A stretch of 64,000 nucleotides of DNA from a virus, in IMG/VR virus record IMGVR_UViG_3300021963_000109, positions 4,224 through 68,223 of that record; one strand, written 5' to 3'. The position numbers and the translations under genes are program-made. Shown here piece after piece: positions 8,735-18,433 of the stretch (positions are counted from its first letter, which is position 1; each line of letters opens with the position of its first letter). The notes under the pieces were generated by a model. That model was not told where the DNA came from. It saw only the letters and a program-made list of their open reading frames with translations, and ran no database searches.

Positions 8735-9388
8735 TTAATTCCCCATCGGGATATTTGCTGGATTTATCCCAGTAGAAACTGGTGTTTCTGCTGTGATTGC
8801 GGGAGCTGCTGGTAAAACCCCTCTTTTGCTATTTAAATATGTATTAGCAATAGTTGCTGCCCCTGTGTCAACCTCTTTGTTTATTCCGGGTTTAACTCCT
8901 GCGTGTTTATAGTAATCCCAAACATATTCTTTAAAATCATCATCGCTTTTGATCTTAGGAAGATCGTTCTTCATAAAAGAATCATTCATTAATCTTTGAT
9001 GTTCAGTCTTGATTGTCATGTCGCTAGCAGAGGTTCCGGCCCCGGAGGTTGCTGGATCTTTCTTAATCACCTTTCCCCAGCCAGCAGGTTTAAATATCTT
9101 GGAAGCCACGTTAGCAGCAAGGGATCCCGCTGTTCCTATCAGCCACCCCATTCCAGTATCGATTGGTCTGCCGTTAATATCCTTAACCGCAATATTTTGC
9201 TGGTAATAGGTGTCAAATCTTTCGAATCTATCCTCTAGATTTTTAAACGTGTTATAAAGCCAATCCTTCCATCCAGGTGCGGTATTTGACCCAGAAACAC
9301 TGGTATAGTCAGAATCAGTATAGCTATCAAAAAATCTATTGGGATTCTTCTTGGCCTCAAAAATCTTAAAGGAATCTATATGTTTCAT
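8735..9388 (-). CDS. Hypothetical protein with CTS-like leader and Gly/Ala hydrophobic helix
   Basis: MKHIDSFKIFEA; GMGWLIGTAGSLAANVASKIF; preceded by GATATATA (9398-9405). Confidence 0.65.
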   Translation of the reverse strand: MKHIDSFKIFEAKKNPNRFFDSYTDSDYTSVSGSNTAPGWKDWLYNTFKNLEDRFERFDTYYQQNIAVKDINGRPIDTGMGWLIGTAGSLAANVASKIFKPAGWGKVIKKDPATSGAGTSASDMTIKTEHQRLMNDSFMKNDLPKIKSDDDFKEYVWDYYKHAGVKPGINKEVDTGAATIANTYLNSKRGVLPAAPAITAETPVSTGINPANIPMGN

Positions 9389-9425
9389 TTTTATTTTTAT
9401 ATATCCTAACCGGGAGGGGGAACCT

Positions 9426-10952
9426 TTATAAAGTCACATCGTAGATTTTATACTCGAATTTTTCCCTCTTGTAGATCTCTATTCTTTCGGCGGAATGCTT
9501 CAGCAGATAGTTAGCAGATCCATTCCAGGAAAAATCGTCAACAAAATCGATCACATTGACTTTTTCTTTTCCTTCGTACAATCTCATTCCCCTTCCAAGG
9601 CTTTGCTTGATAAGAACCTCAGATTTGTATGATTCAGTTAGAAATAGATTGTGGATATTTTTAACCGACACACCGGTACTTAGTGTACCAAAGCTGGCAA
9701 CTAAAATCTTATTGGTTCCCTCTTCTAGTTTGGTCTTGAAAAAATCTCTTTGACTAGGATCAGTGTCACCGTCCACGTAGTAGATTTCTTTTTCAGATTG
9801 GATCTCTCTTAATAAATCATAGATTCTTTTTCCGTATCCCTCCCCGACAGACTGGAAAAGGACCAGAGAGTTTTTACTGGTCTTAGAGATGAAATCAACA
9901 ATATAGTTTAATCTTTTATCAGAGGAAATTACCAGCTTTCTTTCCACATTGAAAATCTCATTTCCGTCTAGATCTTGTTTATTAGTTCTTAGTTGATATA
10001 GCTTTTCTTTATAATCCTCCTGGAGCCAATTCATTTTAACCACCTTAATCGAAACAGGGGTAGCGTACTTGTTATCAAACAGGAACTTAGGACTGATCTC
10101 CATGGTCAAAGGACCAAGATATTGCTGGATAGTTAGATGCTCAGCAGTATTTCTATTAGTAAGGGTTCCAGAAAGTCCAAATCGATATCTAGAGTCTTTA
10201 CATTTAGAAATAACCTCTTTAATTGACTTAGAATGACTCTGATGTGATTCGTCAACAAAGATAGCTTCAACCCCATCAAAAAAAGAATCATCTTGTTTAA
10301 CCAGAGATTGATATGTCCCAATCATTAGACCAGATGAAATCTTGTTCTTATTTCCCCCATGAATTAATTGAATGTCACAATTTTCAACTTCTTTTAGACC
10401 ATATTCCTCAAAATCTTCTGCTCCTTGAATAATCAGAGTTGTATTAGGAACAATCATTAGAAATTTATTAATGTCCTTTACTTTCTTTAAGTACGAAAGA
10501 ACGATAAAAGCTATTAGGGTTTTACCGGAAGAGGTTGCAATTTCTAAACAGGAATATCTGAACTTAACAATCTTCCATGCTGCTTCTATTTGATAGTCTC
10601 TAGGACTGAATTTTTTATCTTTGAAAAAATCATTACACCATTCGGTAAAATCTTCTAAACTTAGTTCATTTTCTATAATATACTCTAGACCTAAGATCTC
10701 TACGTCTATTTTATATTTCTCACAAATATCAAAAACTTCACTCCATAGACCCACCGGAATTTTCCACAATGGACCTCTTTTATCAACAAAACAAATAGCT
10801 CCATCCCAGTGCTTCTTTTTAACTAGAGGATGGAAAAAATAGTTATGGATTTTTCTAGTGAGCGAAATCTCCAGCTGTTTACGATCTACCTCTTCGTCAT
10901 AATCTTGAAGAATCAGCCATTGTAAATCCTCCGATACAATAAATTTTAGCAT
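9426..10952 (-). CDS. uvsW: UvsW-like SF2 DNA helicase
   Basis: PRDYQ, ATSSGKT, VDESH, GLSGT, QSLGRGMR. Confidence 0.9.
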   Translation of the reverse strand: MLKFIVSEDLQWLILQDYDEEVDRKQLEISLTRKIHNYFFHPLVKKKHWDGAICFVDKRGPLWKIPVGLWSEVFDICEKYKIDVEILGLEYIIENELSLEDFTEWCNDFFKDKKFSPRDYQIEAAWKIVKFRYSCLEIATSSGKTLIAFIVLSYLKKVKDINKFLMIVPNTTLIIQGAEDFEEYGLKEVENCDIQLIHGGNKNKISSGLMIGTYQSLVKQDDSFFDGVEAIFVDESHQSHSKSIKEVISKCKDSRYRFGLSGTLTNRNTAEHLTIQQYLGPLTMEISPKFLFDNKYATPVSIKVVKMNWLQEDYKEKLYQLRTNKQDLDGNEIFNVERKLVISSDKRLNYIVDFISKTSKNSLVLFQSVGEGYGKRIYDLLREIQSEKEIYYVDGDTDPSQRDFFKTKLEEGTNKILVASFGTLSTGVSVKNIHNLFLTESYKSEVLIKQSLGRGMRLYEGKEKVNVIDFVDDFSWNGSANYLLKHSAERIEIYKREKFEYKIYDVTL

Positions 10953-10959
10953 CCATAAA

Positions 10960-11406
10960 TTATTTTATTACCTCTCCCCTCATAAACGATTCTAATGCAA
11001 TTCTGGATTTAACTCCATATAGCATATGATCTACTGTTTGAATCGTTTCTTTCACAAAACTTATATGATTGTCAACTATGTCAATTTTTTTCTTTTGTTC
11101 GTTTAAGTCGCCTTCGATGAGAGCAGTTTTTTCATTGGCTCCATATCTAACATTATGTTCCTCTGAATAATACACCATCTTATTTCTTCTTTCAGTTTTA
11201 TACTTGGAATTTTGTCTTGCTATAACTTGTCCTAATTTATAGTTATATTCTAGCAATCTTTGGCGATCTGAATAAAGCTCAACCTGAACTTCACCGATCT
11301 CTCTAATATTTTTCATTCGAATGGAAAGTTCTCTAATTCTTTCTGTCCATTCAGTCCTTTCCCTAGTAAACAGATCTTCGTAATTTTCTTGATTTTGATC
11401 ACTCAT
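10960..11406 (-). CDS. Probable UvsY-like recombination mediator
   Basis: 148 aa helical protein next to uvsW, as in T4-like gene order. Confidence 0.5.
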   Translation of the reverse strand: MSDQNQENYEDLFTRERTEWTERIRELSIRMKNIREIGEVQVELYSDRQRLLEYNYKLGQVIARQNSKYKTERRNKMVYYSEEHNVRYGANEKTALIEGDLNEQKKKIDIVDNHISFVKETIQTVDHMLYGVKSRIALESFMRGEVIK

Positions 11407-11620
11407 ATAACGAATTGCTTTTATTCTTTTTCTTTTTCAAATCAACGACAGTTGGTTTAACCTTCTCTTTTCTCTTTATCTTTTCGGGTTTAAAATTGTT
11501 TTCCAAATCTGGAAATTCTAAAGCATCGTCAACCTTGTATGATATATGACCCTTTAATAGGGATTTCTTTTTATCCAGAGCTTCTATCTCTTCCTTTGTT
11601 AAACTAAAATCGTGTCCCAT
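11399..11620 (-). CDS. Hypothetical protein
   Basis: 73 aa ORF overlapping both neighbours. Confidence 0.5.
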   Translation of the reverse strand: MGHDFSLTKEEIEALDKKKSLLKGHISYKVDDALEFPDLENNFKPEKIKRKEKVKPTVVDLKKKKNKSNSLYE

Positions 11621-12651
11621 TTATCTTGAGAAAAATATTTATCAGGTCTATTTATTTTATTACCGGTAGATCTTACATAATTTACTACATCATTCCAATC
11701 CCATTTATCCCTCTCTGGAAGGTGATTATCATCAATGAATTTCTTCCAAAGAAAAACTTTCTCCCCCTCTGCCAGTTTTTTTCTTAAGGCTTCTCTTCCT
11801 GCTTCGTCTCCGTCAAAGAACCATCTCTTATTAGATATGTCGAAAGGAAATTGATTATTCACAGAACAAAGACCAACCGAATTATGAAAAAGAAATGAAT
11901 CTAACGGTCCTTCAAAAATAGTTACCTCATCATCTAAATTAACATAGCTAAATCCAAAGACTGTCGAGATTGGATCTAACTGTTCTGCTTTTTCGATAAT
12001 ATCAGGGGTATTAATTCTAAAGAGATTTTTATAGATACCACTGAGCTTATACGTAAAGTATTTATTCGTTGCCCATTTGTTCATGTTTCTAAGCTGAAGT
12101 CCAAGAATGTAGTTTCCATCGGAAGTCAGATTTAAAATATGAAGGGAATTTTTATCAGGCGAAAAAAGATATCTGGAATCTATTGTTTGATTTCTTCTTC
12201 TTAGATATTCTCTAATATTATTAGGAAGTTCAACTAATCCCAGTTTGTTTTTATAATCCTCTCTAGAGATTAGAACATCTTTGAAATTATCAAGAATGAA
12301 AACATCAATCTTAGCAGAAATTCTTCTTGATGTTTTCTTAGAATTTATAGTGTTTTTAGCTTCCTCTATTTGCTCAACAGTTAGTTCCCTGTTAAGACCA
12401 TGGTCATATAAGAAGCCAATAAGATCTTTGAACGTTCCACATCCACCATTATAACACTTAAAAGAGAGGCTATCTACGTATAGATTGCCTCTCTTTTTTC
12501 TAGCATCATTAGAATCCCCGCAATAAGGACAGGAAAAATTTAATCTATTCTGTGAAGAGTAGATAATCTGCTTCTGATGGTTCCCTGGAAATGATTTCTG
12601 GAGAACCTTCAAAATTAGATTCTTGACTTCTTCTAATCCTAACTTTTGCAT
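11599..12651 (-). CDS. DNA primase (T4 gp61-like)
   Basis: Zn finger CPYCGDS...KCYNGGC; Toprim IFEGPLDS and FDGD. Confidence 0.9.
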   Translation of the reverse strand: MQKLGLEEVKNLILKVLQKSFPGNHQKQIIYSSQNRLNFSCPYCGDSNDARKKRGNLYVDSLSFKCYNGGCGTFKDLIGFLYDHGLNRELTVEQIEEAKNTINSKKTSRRISAKIDVFILDNFKDVLISREDYKNKLGLVELPNNIREYLRRRNQTIDSRYLFSPDKNSLHILNLTSDGNYILGLQLRNMNKWATNKYFTYKLSGIYKNLFRINTPDIIEKAEQLDPISTVFGFSYVNLDDEVTIFEGPLDSFLFHNSVGLCSVNNQFPFDISNKRWFFDGDEAGREALRKKLAEGEKVFLWKKFIDDNHLPERDKWDWNDVVNYVRSTGNKINRPDKYFSQDKWDTILV

Positions 12652-12672
12652 ACGATCTCATCTTTTTTGATA

Positions 12673-13632
12673 TTAAAGATCGTTGTAAAGGTCATCTAGA
12701 CTGTTTCCAGAAGATTTAGTAGGTGCTGCTTTAGCAGGCGCTGATTCCTCCTCGGTATCATTACCGAAGAAATCTTCCTCCTGTTTCTTAGTTTCTTTTT
12801 TAAGTGGATTATTAGATGCAGATGAGGTTGGTTTAGAGTCAGGCGATCCTGAAAGAATTTCAGAAACCATACGTCCATCTGGAACTGTATTTCTGATGAT
12901 GCTCATGATCTTTTCTCTTTCCTCCTCTGTCCATTCTCTGTAATCGTATTTTTCAACCAGATCCTGAGGACCTGCTTTTAAATATTCTACAATTCTTTTT
13001 TGGTCTGCTTCAGATTTTTCAACAGGTTGACCGTTGATAGAAATTGGTCCTTTCTCTCCAACAAATTGGCAAAGATCGTAATTGTTCCAATCCCCAACCT
13101 TTCTTACATGTATTCCGAAGTTTTTACCATCGAATAAATCGTAAGGGTTGCAAGGTGATCCATACTCTGGTTTGATTTGTTGCTCAATTAGATCAGCAAC
13201 TTTCTTACCAAATTTGAAGACCATAACTTTACCCTCTAATTCAGGCTTATTAGGATCTTTAACCACTTGGATTAAAGAATAATAATCTTCCTTACGTGAG
13301 AAGGATTTAGCAAGTTCTTGATCTTTTGCTGAAGGAGAATTTTTCAATTTCCAAAAGATGTCCTTCAAAATAGATTTTTTACCTACCGTTGATGGGCAAT
13401 CTGCCACCAAATTGCTATTGTCCACTGGATCTTTCAACCACACATAATATTTGTGGATTTTAGATTTCTTGGGATTTGCAATGTTGGGTAAAAATCTGAT
13501 TAGTGCTTTGTAAACTCCGTCCTTTCCTAGTTCAGGATAAGGTTTGTAGATGTTGGAGTCGCCGGTGTTGGTCTGAGCTTCTGGTTTTAAAAAGTCCTCG
13601 TTGTCCAAACTAAAGATGTCAAAATTTTCCAT
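12673..13632 (-). CDS. Single-stranded DNA-binding protein (T4 gp32-like)
   Basis: IRFLP, FKFGKK, NYD; acidic tail LDDLYNDL. Confidence 0.9.
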   Translation of the reverse strand: MENFDIFSLDNEDFLKPEAQTNTGDSNIYKPYPELGKDGVYKALIRFLPNIANPKKSKIHKYYVWLKDPVDNSNLVADCPSTVGKKSILKDIFWKLKNSPSAKDQELAKSFSRKEDYYSLIQVVKDPNKPELEGKVMVFKFGKKVADLIEQQIKPEYGSPCNPYDLFDGKNFGIHVRKVGDWNNYDLCQFVGEKGPISINGQPVEKSEADQKRIVEYLKAGPQDLVEKYDYREWTEEEREKIMSIIRNTVPDGRMVSEILSGSPDSKPTSSASNNPLKKETKKQEEDFFGNDTEEESAPAKAAPTKSSGNSLDDLYNDL

Positions 13633-13673
13633 GTTTTTTCAAGTTTTATTTAAATGTTTAAAATTATCCTAAT

Positions 13674-13700
13674 TTATACCTAAGTGTTCTAAAAAGTTTC
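13674..13700 (-). promoter_or_regulatory. GAAAC-N17-TATAA promoter-like motif upstream of SSB
   Basis: Minus strand GAAACTTTTTAGAACACTTAGGTATAA. Confidence 0.5.
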
Positions 13701-14357
13701 CCCTAAAAGTGATTTTCCAAATAAACTAATCCAAGTTGCATCTATCAAATCCGAACAGGGGGTTTCTACCTCCTTGCTCTTCTTTATCCAGGTGTCCCTG
13801 TTTTGTTTCAGAGGTTCAACTAGCGGACTTAGAATTTGGTCTTCACTATATTTATCCAAAAGTGCGTTGTATAATTCGTCTTTTTTTGCATTGCCCTTAA
13901 AAGCAAATTTTTTAATCGCTGTCGGGGAATAGATGTTTAGATTGCTGTATCCTACTAATTCTACTATTCTTTCCCTTACTAAAGCAGTGCACATCGATAT
14001 ATCAATAAGGGAGTTACCAGAACTTCCAAAAGAAATACCCTCCATGAAAACCACGGTTTCATCATCTATGATCTTGTCTAGCATAAAAGTGAAGCTATCT
14101 GCGATCGTGACAAAATTTTCAATTTTCTTTCTTTCTATTTCCCAGTATTCACCCTCTGCCTTCTCCTTCTCAATAATTTGGATTAGAAAATTAGGGCTTT
14201 CGGAAAACACCTTGAACGGTGAGGCCTCCGCGGATAACATCCGATCAATCTTTTTTGTAGTTCTGTGGAAGGATCCCCATTTCGCCTCATCCTTGGATAA
14301 AAGACACCAAGCTGGACTATTTAGGGAGAAGTCTATTCCCAATATTTTTTTAGCCAA
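13689..14357 (-). CDS. RuvC-like Holliday junction resolvase
   Basis: ILGIDFS, MEG, PTAIKKFA..GNAKK, DLIDA. Confidence 0.8.
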   Translation of the reverse strand: MAKKILGIDFSLNSPAWCLLSKDEAKWGSFHRTTKKIDRMLSAEASPFKVFSESPNFLIQIIEKEKAEGEYWEIERKKIENFVTIADSFTFMLDKIIDDETVVFMEGISFGSSGNSLIDISMCTALVRERIVELVGYSNLNIYSPTAIKKFAFKGNAKKDELYNALLDKYSEDQILSPLVEPLKQNRDTWIKKSKEVETPCSDLIDATWISLFGKSLLGETF

Positions 14358-14901
14358 TCTCTAGTTTTATTTTTACGTAGTTGCATCTGAAGCCCACGCT
14401 AAAAGTGGAAAACTGAGGAGTCGTGCTGGAATAGTTTAATTGTACCTCGGATAACGATGTATATATCGGTTGCTGAAATTCAACGCTAGCCATAATAATC
14501 CCCTCATGGTCTAGCAAATGAAGTTTTAAATCCGGAAGATATTGTTCTTCATTATTAAAATCTAGGAAGTTAACCATGTGCTCATACATGATCCAATAGT
14601 TAATGAATCCCTCTCCGAGTTTAAAGGAAACACTGAAGTCTCTCCTGATTAAATTTTGAATATTAGTAGCACTCTTATATGATTGCTTATATCCGCCGGG
14701 TCTGGTTTGTTCTACATGATCTATTCCTTGAAAGGTCGGAAAAGAAACCTGCTGGATTGTCGAATTCATAAAATCCTTCAGGGTGTCCCATGGGATAGGC
14801 ATTCTGTTTACATAGGCATTGTATTTCTCTTCCAAGGATGTTCCAAAATATCCTCTTGGGAAATTAAAAATAAAACCATTCTGCCTAGAATTTAATAACA
14901 T
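14350..14901 (-). CDS. Tail tube terminator/completion protein (T4 gp3-like tube fold)
   Basis: IQQVSFP, FSVSF...NYW, L.LLD, SLSEVQLNY...FSVGF pattern. Confidence 0.55.
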   Translation of the reverse strand: MLLNSRQNGFIFNFPRGYFGTSLEEKYNAYVNRMPIPWDTLKDFMNSTIQQVSFPTFQGIDHVEQTRPGGYKQSYKSATNIQNLIRRDFSVSFKLGEGFINYWIMYEHMVNFLDFNNEEQYLPDLKLHLLDHEGIIMASVEFQQPIYTSLSEVQLNYSSTTPQFSTFSVGFRCNYVKIKLEIG

Positions 14902-14907
14902 GTAGTA

Positions 14908-17235
14908 TTAAAGAAATATTTGATTCGTATATCCATTATCGTTTCTCAGACCTCCGTCTTCACCCCTAGAGGTGTATCCATATCCGCCACCCCCTCCTCC
15001 TCCTCCGGCTGTATATTTTACATTCTCATACGGATCGTAAATCTTTTTAAGATAATTTGAATACTTCAGGAATTCAGGACTTCTTGTACCTGAAATATCC
15101 GGATGAACTAGTCTTACCGCATTTAAGAAGAACATAGTTGTGATTCCCTCAAAAAGATTATTACCAGGATTTCCTGGAATTGTATAATAATCTGCAATTT
15201 CTTTAAAAGATTTTCCTGCTGATTCGTCCATACTAATTGCATTAGCTAAAGAATCAACATCGACCCTCAATGGTCTTGCAGGAACTACAACTGGCTCTTC
15301 CGCTGTTGTTACCGAAACTGAAGTTGGTTCTACATTGAGAATTACAGGATCTGTTTTAATGTCAAAATAATCTTTAGGTTGCTCCGGTATAACATTAACT
15401 ACTGGTTCAGTAGTTTCTACAGTTGTTCCAATAACAACTGGGGTAGGTGCAGGAGCAGGACTAGCAGTTACTGTTGCAACTGGCTTCTGATCTCTTTCAC
15501 TTGGAAGAATCCAATATCCGTGATAGATTGAAGTTTCTATTCCATTATTTGTTTTACTTACAATATGAAAATCTCTTCCGGTAAAAGCCAAAACTTTTTT
15601 AGAATCACCCTCAACAAGTCTGAAGACTAATTCTCCTTTAGTTGGATTTTGGAATGTGCTATCAGACATACTTGCAACTTTAACAGTTTTATCATTTCCA
15701 CCTTCGAAGACTAGATAAAATTCTGTGTTACTTCCAAGATCCAGAATTGTATTCTCTTTGCCATCATTCTTAGTAAAAATTCTGAATTTGTAATAGTTAT
15801 CGTAAGGGTTTACCACGATTTTTGCATTGCCCTGTCCAAATGCTACAGTTGCGTCAGTAGTTGGGGATTGTGTTAGTCCACCTAAAGTATCGATGGTTAA
15901 ATTCTCTTCTGAAATATTTACACTTTCTCTCTCGAAGAAAGCTGGAACGTATTTAGTAATTACCCTTTCTATCGGGTTCACATTAAGAGTATACGCCTTA
16001 GAAACTACCGGCTCGACAACTTTATTATAAACCTTTTGCGGATATGGCTGATGTAATAGTGTAATCTTTTTTAATCCAGGTCCGTACTTATCAACCTCTG
16101 TACTTGTAACTGTTGCAGTTCTTAAAATGGAGACATTAGAATTCTTGTTTACTAACCTAAGAGTATATGAAATACTAAAACTCGTTGCTTTAGGATTTAA
16201 GACCACTGGTCTATAAACATACGGAGAATTAAAATCCTTATCTTGAAGAACTTGAATTTTCTGAGTGGTAATTTGTCTCATTCCCACTTGCTCCCTTAAT
16301 TCTATATCATGGATAACATAATAGATATTACCTAAGCTATTTTCCACATACAGAAAATCTTCAATGTAATTTCCTTGCCATGAAGGATAATATTCGAAAT
16401 AATCAAAGGATGTGTTTTCTACAACATTAGCAGCAAGATCTCCAAATTCATCAGATGGAGTAATTGTTGCTACGCTGTTTAACTGTGTATTGTAATAATA
16501 GAATCCATTTAAATTCTGGGTCGTCTCTATTTCGTAAAGACTGATGGTAAAAGGCTGGTTCTTAATGAATCCCTGTCCATCAGAACTTAACTTTGCAGCA
16601 GTAGTTTGACTTACTGTTGGCGTATTCATTTGGGTCTCAAATTCATAAGTTATTGAAGAATAACTAGGAATCTTAACCTCTATAAAATTATCATAAATGC
16701 CTGCGTTAAAATAAATCGGATTAGGATTAGCTCTTATGATATCAATGTCTCCCTTTTCGTAGGTAATTTGAGAAATAGTGGATTTCTTACCATTTCTTTC
16801 CTGAAATTGAACTTGAAGAATTACTCCATCAGAAATACCAAAATCAAATCCACTTAAAAAGTGATATCTGATAGTGTCATAATAAACATTAAGGTTAGTA
16901 TCAAATTGGACAGGAAGATTAGCAACGTCTGTTAATTTGTTATCATAATCAAGAAATTGAACCAATCTATCAATATCAAGTCTGACAAAAGTATTTTTAG
17001 AAATTTGAACAGAACTAAGATCTCTTACATTTCCTGTTGTTTGTTGATCGCTATTCCTATTGGTGATCTGAACAGCGTTATCTAAATAGCCATTCACTAT
17101 TTTTTCAAAACCAACCGAATTAGTTCCATAAATTGCAGGGTGATATTCCGGATTAGGGGAAACACCATATCTGTACTCCATAAGTAAATATGGAGCCAGA
17201 CTAAAAAATTTACTTGTGTAGGTGAAGCTTGACAT
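14908..17235 (-). CDS. Virion structural protein (unassigned)
   Basis: 775 aa beta-rich ORF with P/T/V linker; late-type motif upstream. Confidence 0.55.
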   Translation of the reverse strand: MSSFTYTSKFFSLAPYLLMEYRYGVSPNPEYHPAIYGTNSVGFEKIVNGYLDNAVQITNRNSDQQTTGNVRDLSSVQISKNTFVRLDIDRLVQFLDYDNKLTDVANLPVQFDTNLNVYYDTIRYHFLSGFDFGISDGVILQVQFQERNGKKSTISQITYEKGDIDIIRANPNPIYFNAGIYDNFIEVKIPSYSSITYEFETQMNTPTVSQTTAAKLSSDGQGFIKNQPFTISLYEIETTQNLNGFYYYNTQLNSVATITPSDEFGDLAANVVENTSFDYFEYYPSWQGNYIEDFLYVENSLGNIYYVIHDIELREQVGMRQITTQKIQVLQDKDFNSPYVYRPVVLNPKATSFSISYTLRLVNKNSNVSILRTATVTSTEVDKYGPGLKKITLLHQPYPQKVYNKVVEPVVSKAYTLNVNPIERVITKYVPAFFERESVNISEENLTIDTLGGLTQSPTTDATVAFGQGNAKIVVNPYDNYYKFRIFTKNDGKENTILDLGSNTEFYLVFEGGNDKTVKVASMSDSTFQNPTKGELVFRLVEGDSKKVLAFTGRDFHIVSKTNNGIETSIYHGYWILPSERDQKPVATVTASPAPAPTPVVIGTTVETTEPVVNVIPEQPKDYFDIKTDPVILNVEPTSVSVTTAEEPVVVPARPLRVDVDSLANAISMDESAGKSFKEIADYYTIPGNPGNNLFEGITTMFFLNAVRLVHPDISGTRSPEFLKYSNYLKKIYDPYENVKYTAGGGGGGGGYGYTSRGEDGGLRNDNGYTNQIFL

Positions 17236-17253
17236 ATGTCATTATATATCAAG
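17228..17253 (-). promoter_or_regulatory. GATATATA motif (17243-17250) pairing with the start codon in a 10-bp hairpin
   Basis: Minus strand CTTGATATAT-AATGAC-ATATGTCAAG. Confidence 0.55.
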
Positions 17254-17333
17254 TTTTTTATCTCCTGATAATATTGTGATAAATTCACACAATAATTTCT
17301 TTGGACTTTTTGATACCCTCATTATTTACGGGA

Positions 17334-18101
17334 TTATTTTACTGCAATAATTCCTATAGTTAAACCAACAGCTAAGCCAACTGCTGTGCCCTTAATTTTG
17401 TTCCAGAATGCCTTTTTCTTAGCAGTTTTTAAATCTTCCTTAAGTAAATCACTCACTTTTTGTTGTAATTCGAATTGCTTAGATCTAGCTGCAATTGCTG
17501 AATCTGCGCTAACTAGTGCAGATTTAGAAAAATTTAAAGATGTCTGTAAGGTATTAACCTGGGTTGTTAGAGTATTGGAAAGATCCTGAGATGTTTTTAA
17601 TTCACCTACTAAATGATCTTTTTCGACTAGCTCTACAACTATTGCATTTCCTACATTTTTATCCAGTTCTAGGCCAATATCTGACTTAGGAACATCAGCA
17701 TATCTTTTAATAAAAAATGTATCAATTACATCCTTGGGTAAATTTTGTAATGCTGCTAGTGCTGCTTCTTTATCTTTCTTTTCCTTTGCAGCCTTTGCTC
17801 TGAATTTATCAGCTTCTAATCCAGCTTCTTCAGCTAGATTTTCATAGACTAAAGAAGAATCCTTGTATTTTTCTTTCTCTATTACTGCGGAATCAAATTT
17901 CTTTTGAACCACTGTAATTTCTTTCTCTAAAGCTTTGATTTCTTTCTTGTGGTAATCGTTGTTGAATGTACCGTATATTAAAAATCCAACTATGAAAAGA
18001 GCTGCTATTATAAGAAGCTTTTTATTGTCGTTTTTGAATTTTTGTACCACCTCAATTTGTTTTTCCACTTTTTCTTTTACCTCTGTTTGTAATTTTTTCA
18101 T
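17334..18101 (-). CDS. Membrane-anchored coiled-coil protein (spanin-like?)
   Basis: N-terminal TM LLIIAALFIVGFLIYG, long coiled coil, hydrophobic C-terminus GTAVGLAVGLTIGIIAV. Confidence 0.55.
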   Translation of the reverse strand: MKKLQTEVKEKVEKQIEVVQKFKNDNKKLLIIAALFIVGFLIYGTFNNDYHKKEIKALEKEITVVQKKFDSAVIEKEKYKDSSLVYENLAEEAGLEADKFRAKAAKEKKDKEAALAALQNLPKDVIDTFFIKRYADVPKSDIGLELDKNVGNAIVVELVEKDHLVGELKTSQDLSNTLTTQVNTLQTSLNFSKSALVSADSAIAARSKQFELQQKVSDLLKEDLKTAKKKAFWNKIKGTAVGLAVGLTIGIIAVK

Positions 18102-18134
18102 AACTCTTTTTTTATTATTGCTTCTTCATTTTAA

Positions 18135-18422
18135 TCAGAAGTTTTTAATTTTATATTCCAGTGTATTTACATCAAGATCTCCGGGACCATATTTTTCTTC
18201 CAGCATCTTGGAAAGATTGTTTTCTCTTTGTCTTTCCTCAGTAAGCTTACTTATACAATTTCTAATTTTTGATCCAAGATCTAAAATATAGACAGGATCC
18301 TTTTCTCCTGATGATGTGAATACCTCCAGTTTCTTTTCGTAGAAATTCAAAGAATCATGAAGTTCCTTGTAGGATTTCATGATACTTGTGATCTCTACTA
18401 TTTCCAAATTTGATAGAATCAT
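18135..18422 (-). CDS. Hypothetical protein
   Basis: 95 aa helical ORF ending LEEKYGPGDLD. Confidence 0.6.
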   Translation of the reverse strand: MILSNLEIVEITSIMKSYKELHDSLNFYEKKLEVFTSSGEKDPVYILDLGSKIRNCISKLTEERQRENNLSKMLEEKYGPGDLDVNTLEYKIKNF

Positions 18423-18433
18423 AGCCTATTATA

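Noticed and set aside
17272-17294. CRP/Rex-like inverted repeat TGTGA-TAAAT-TCACA
   Set aside because: The spacer is 5 nt rather than 6 and it occurs once; it may simply be a weak hairpin after the 17334 stop
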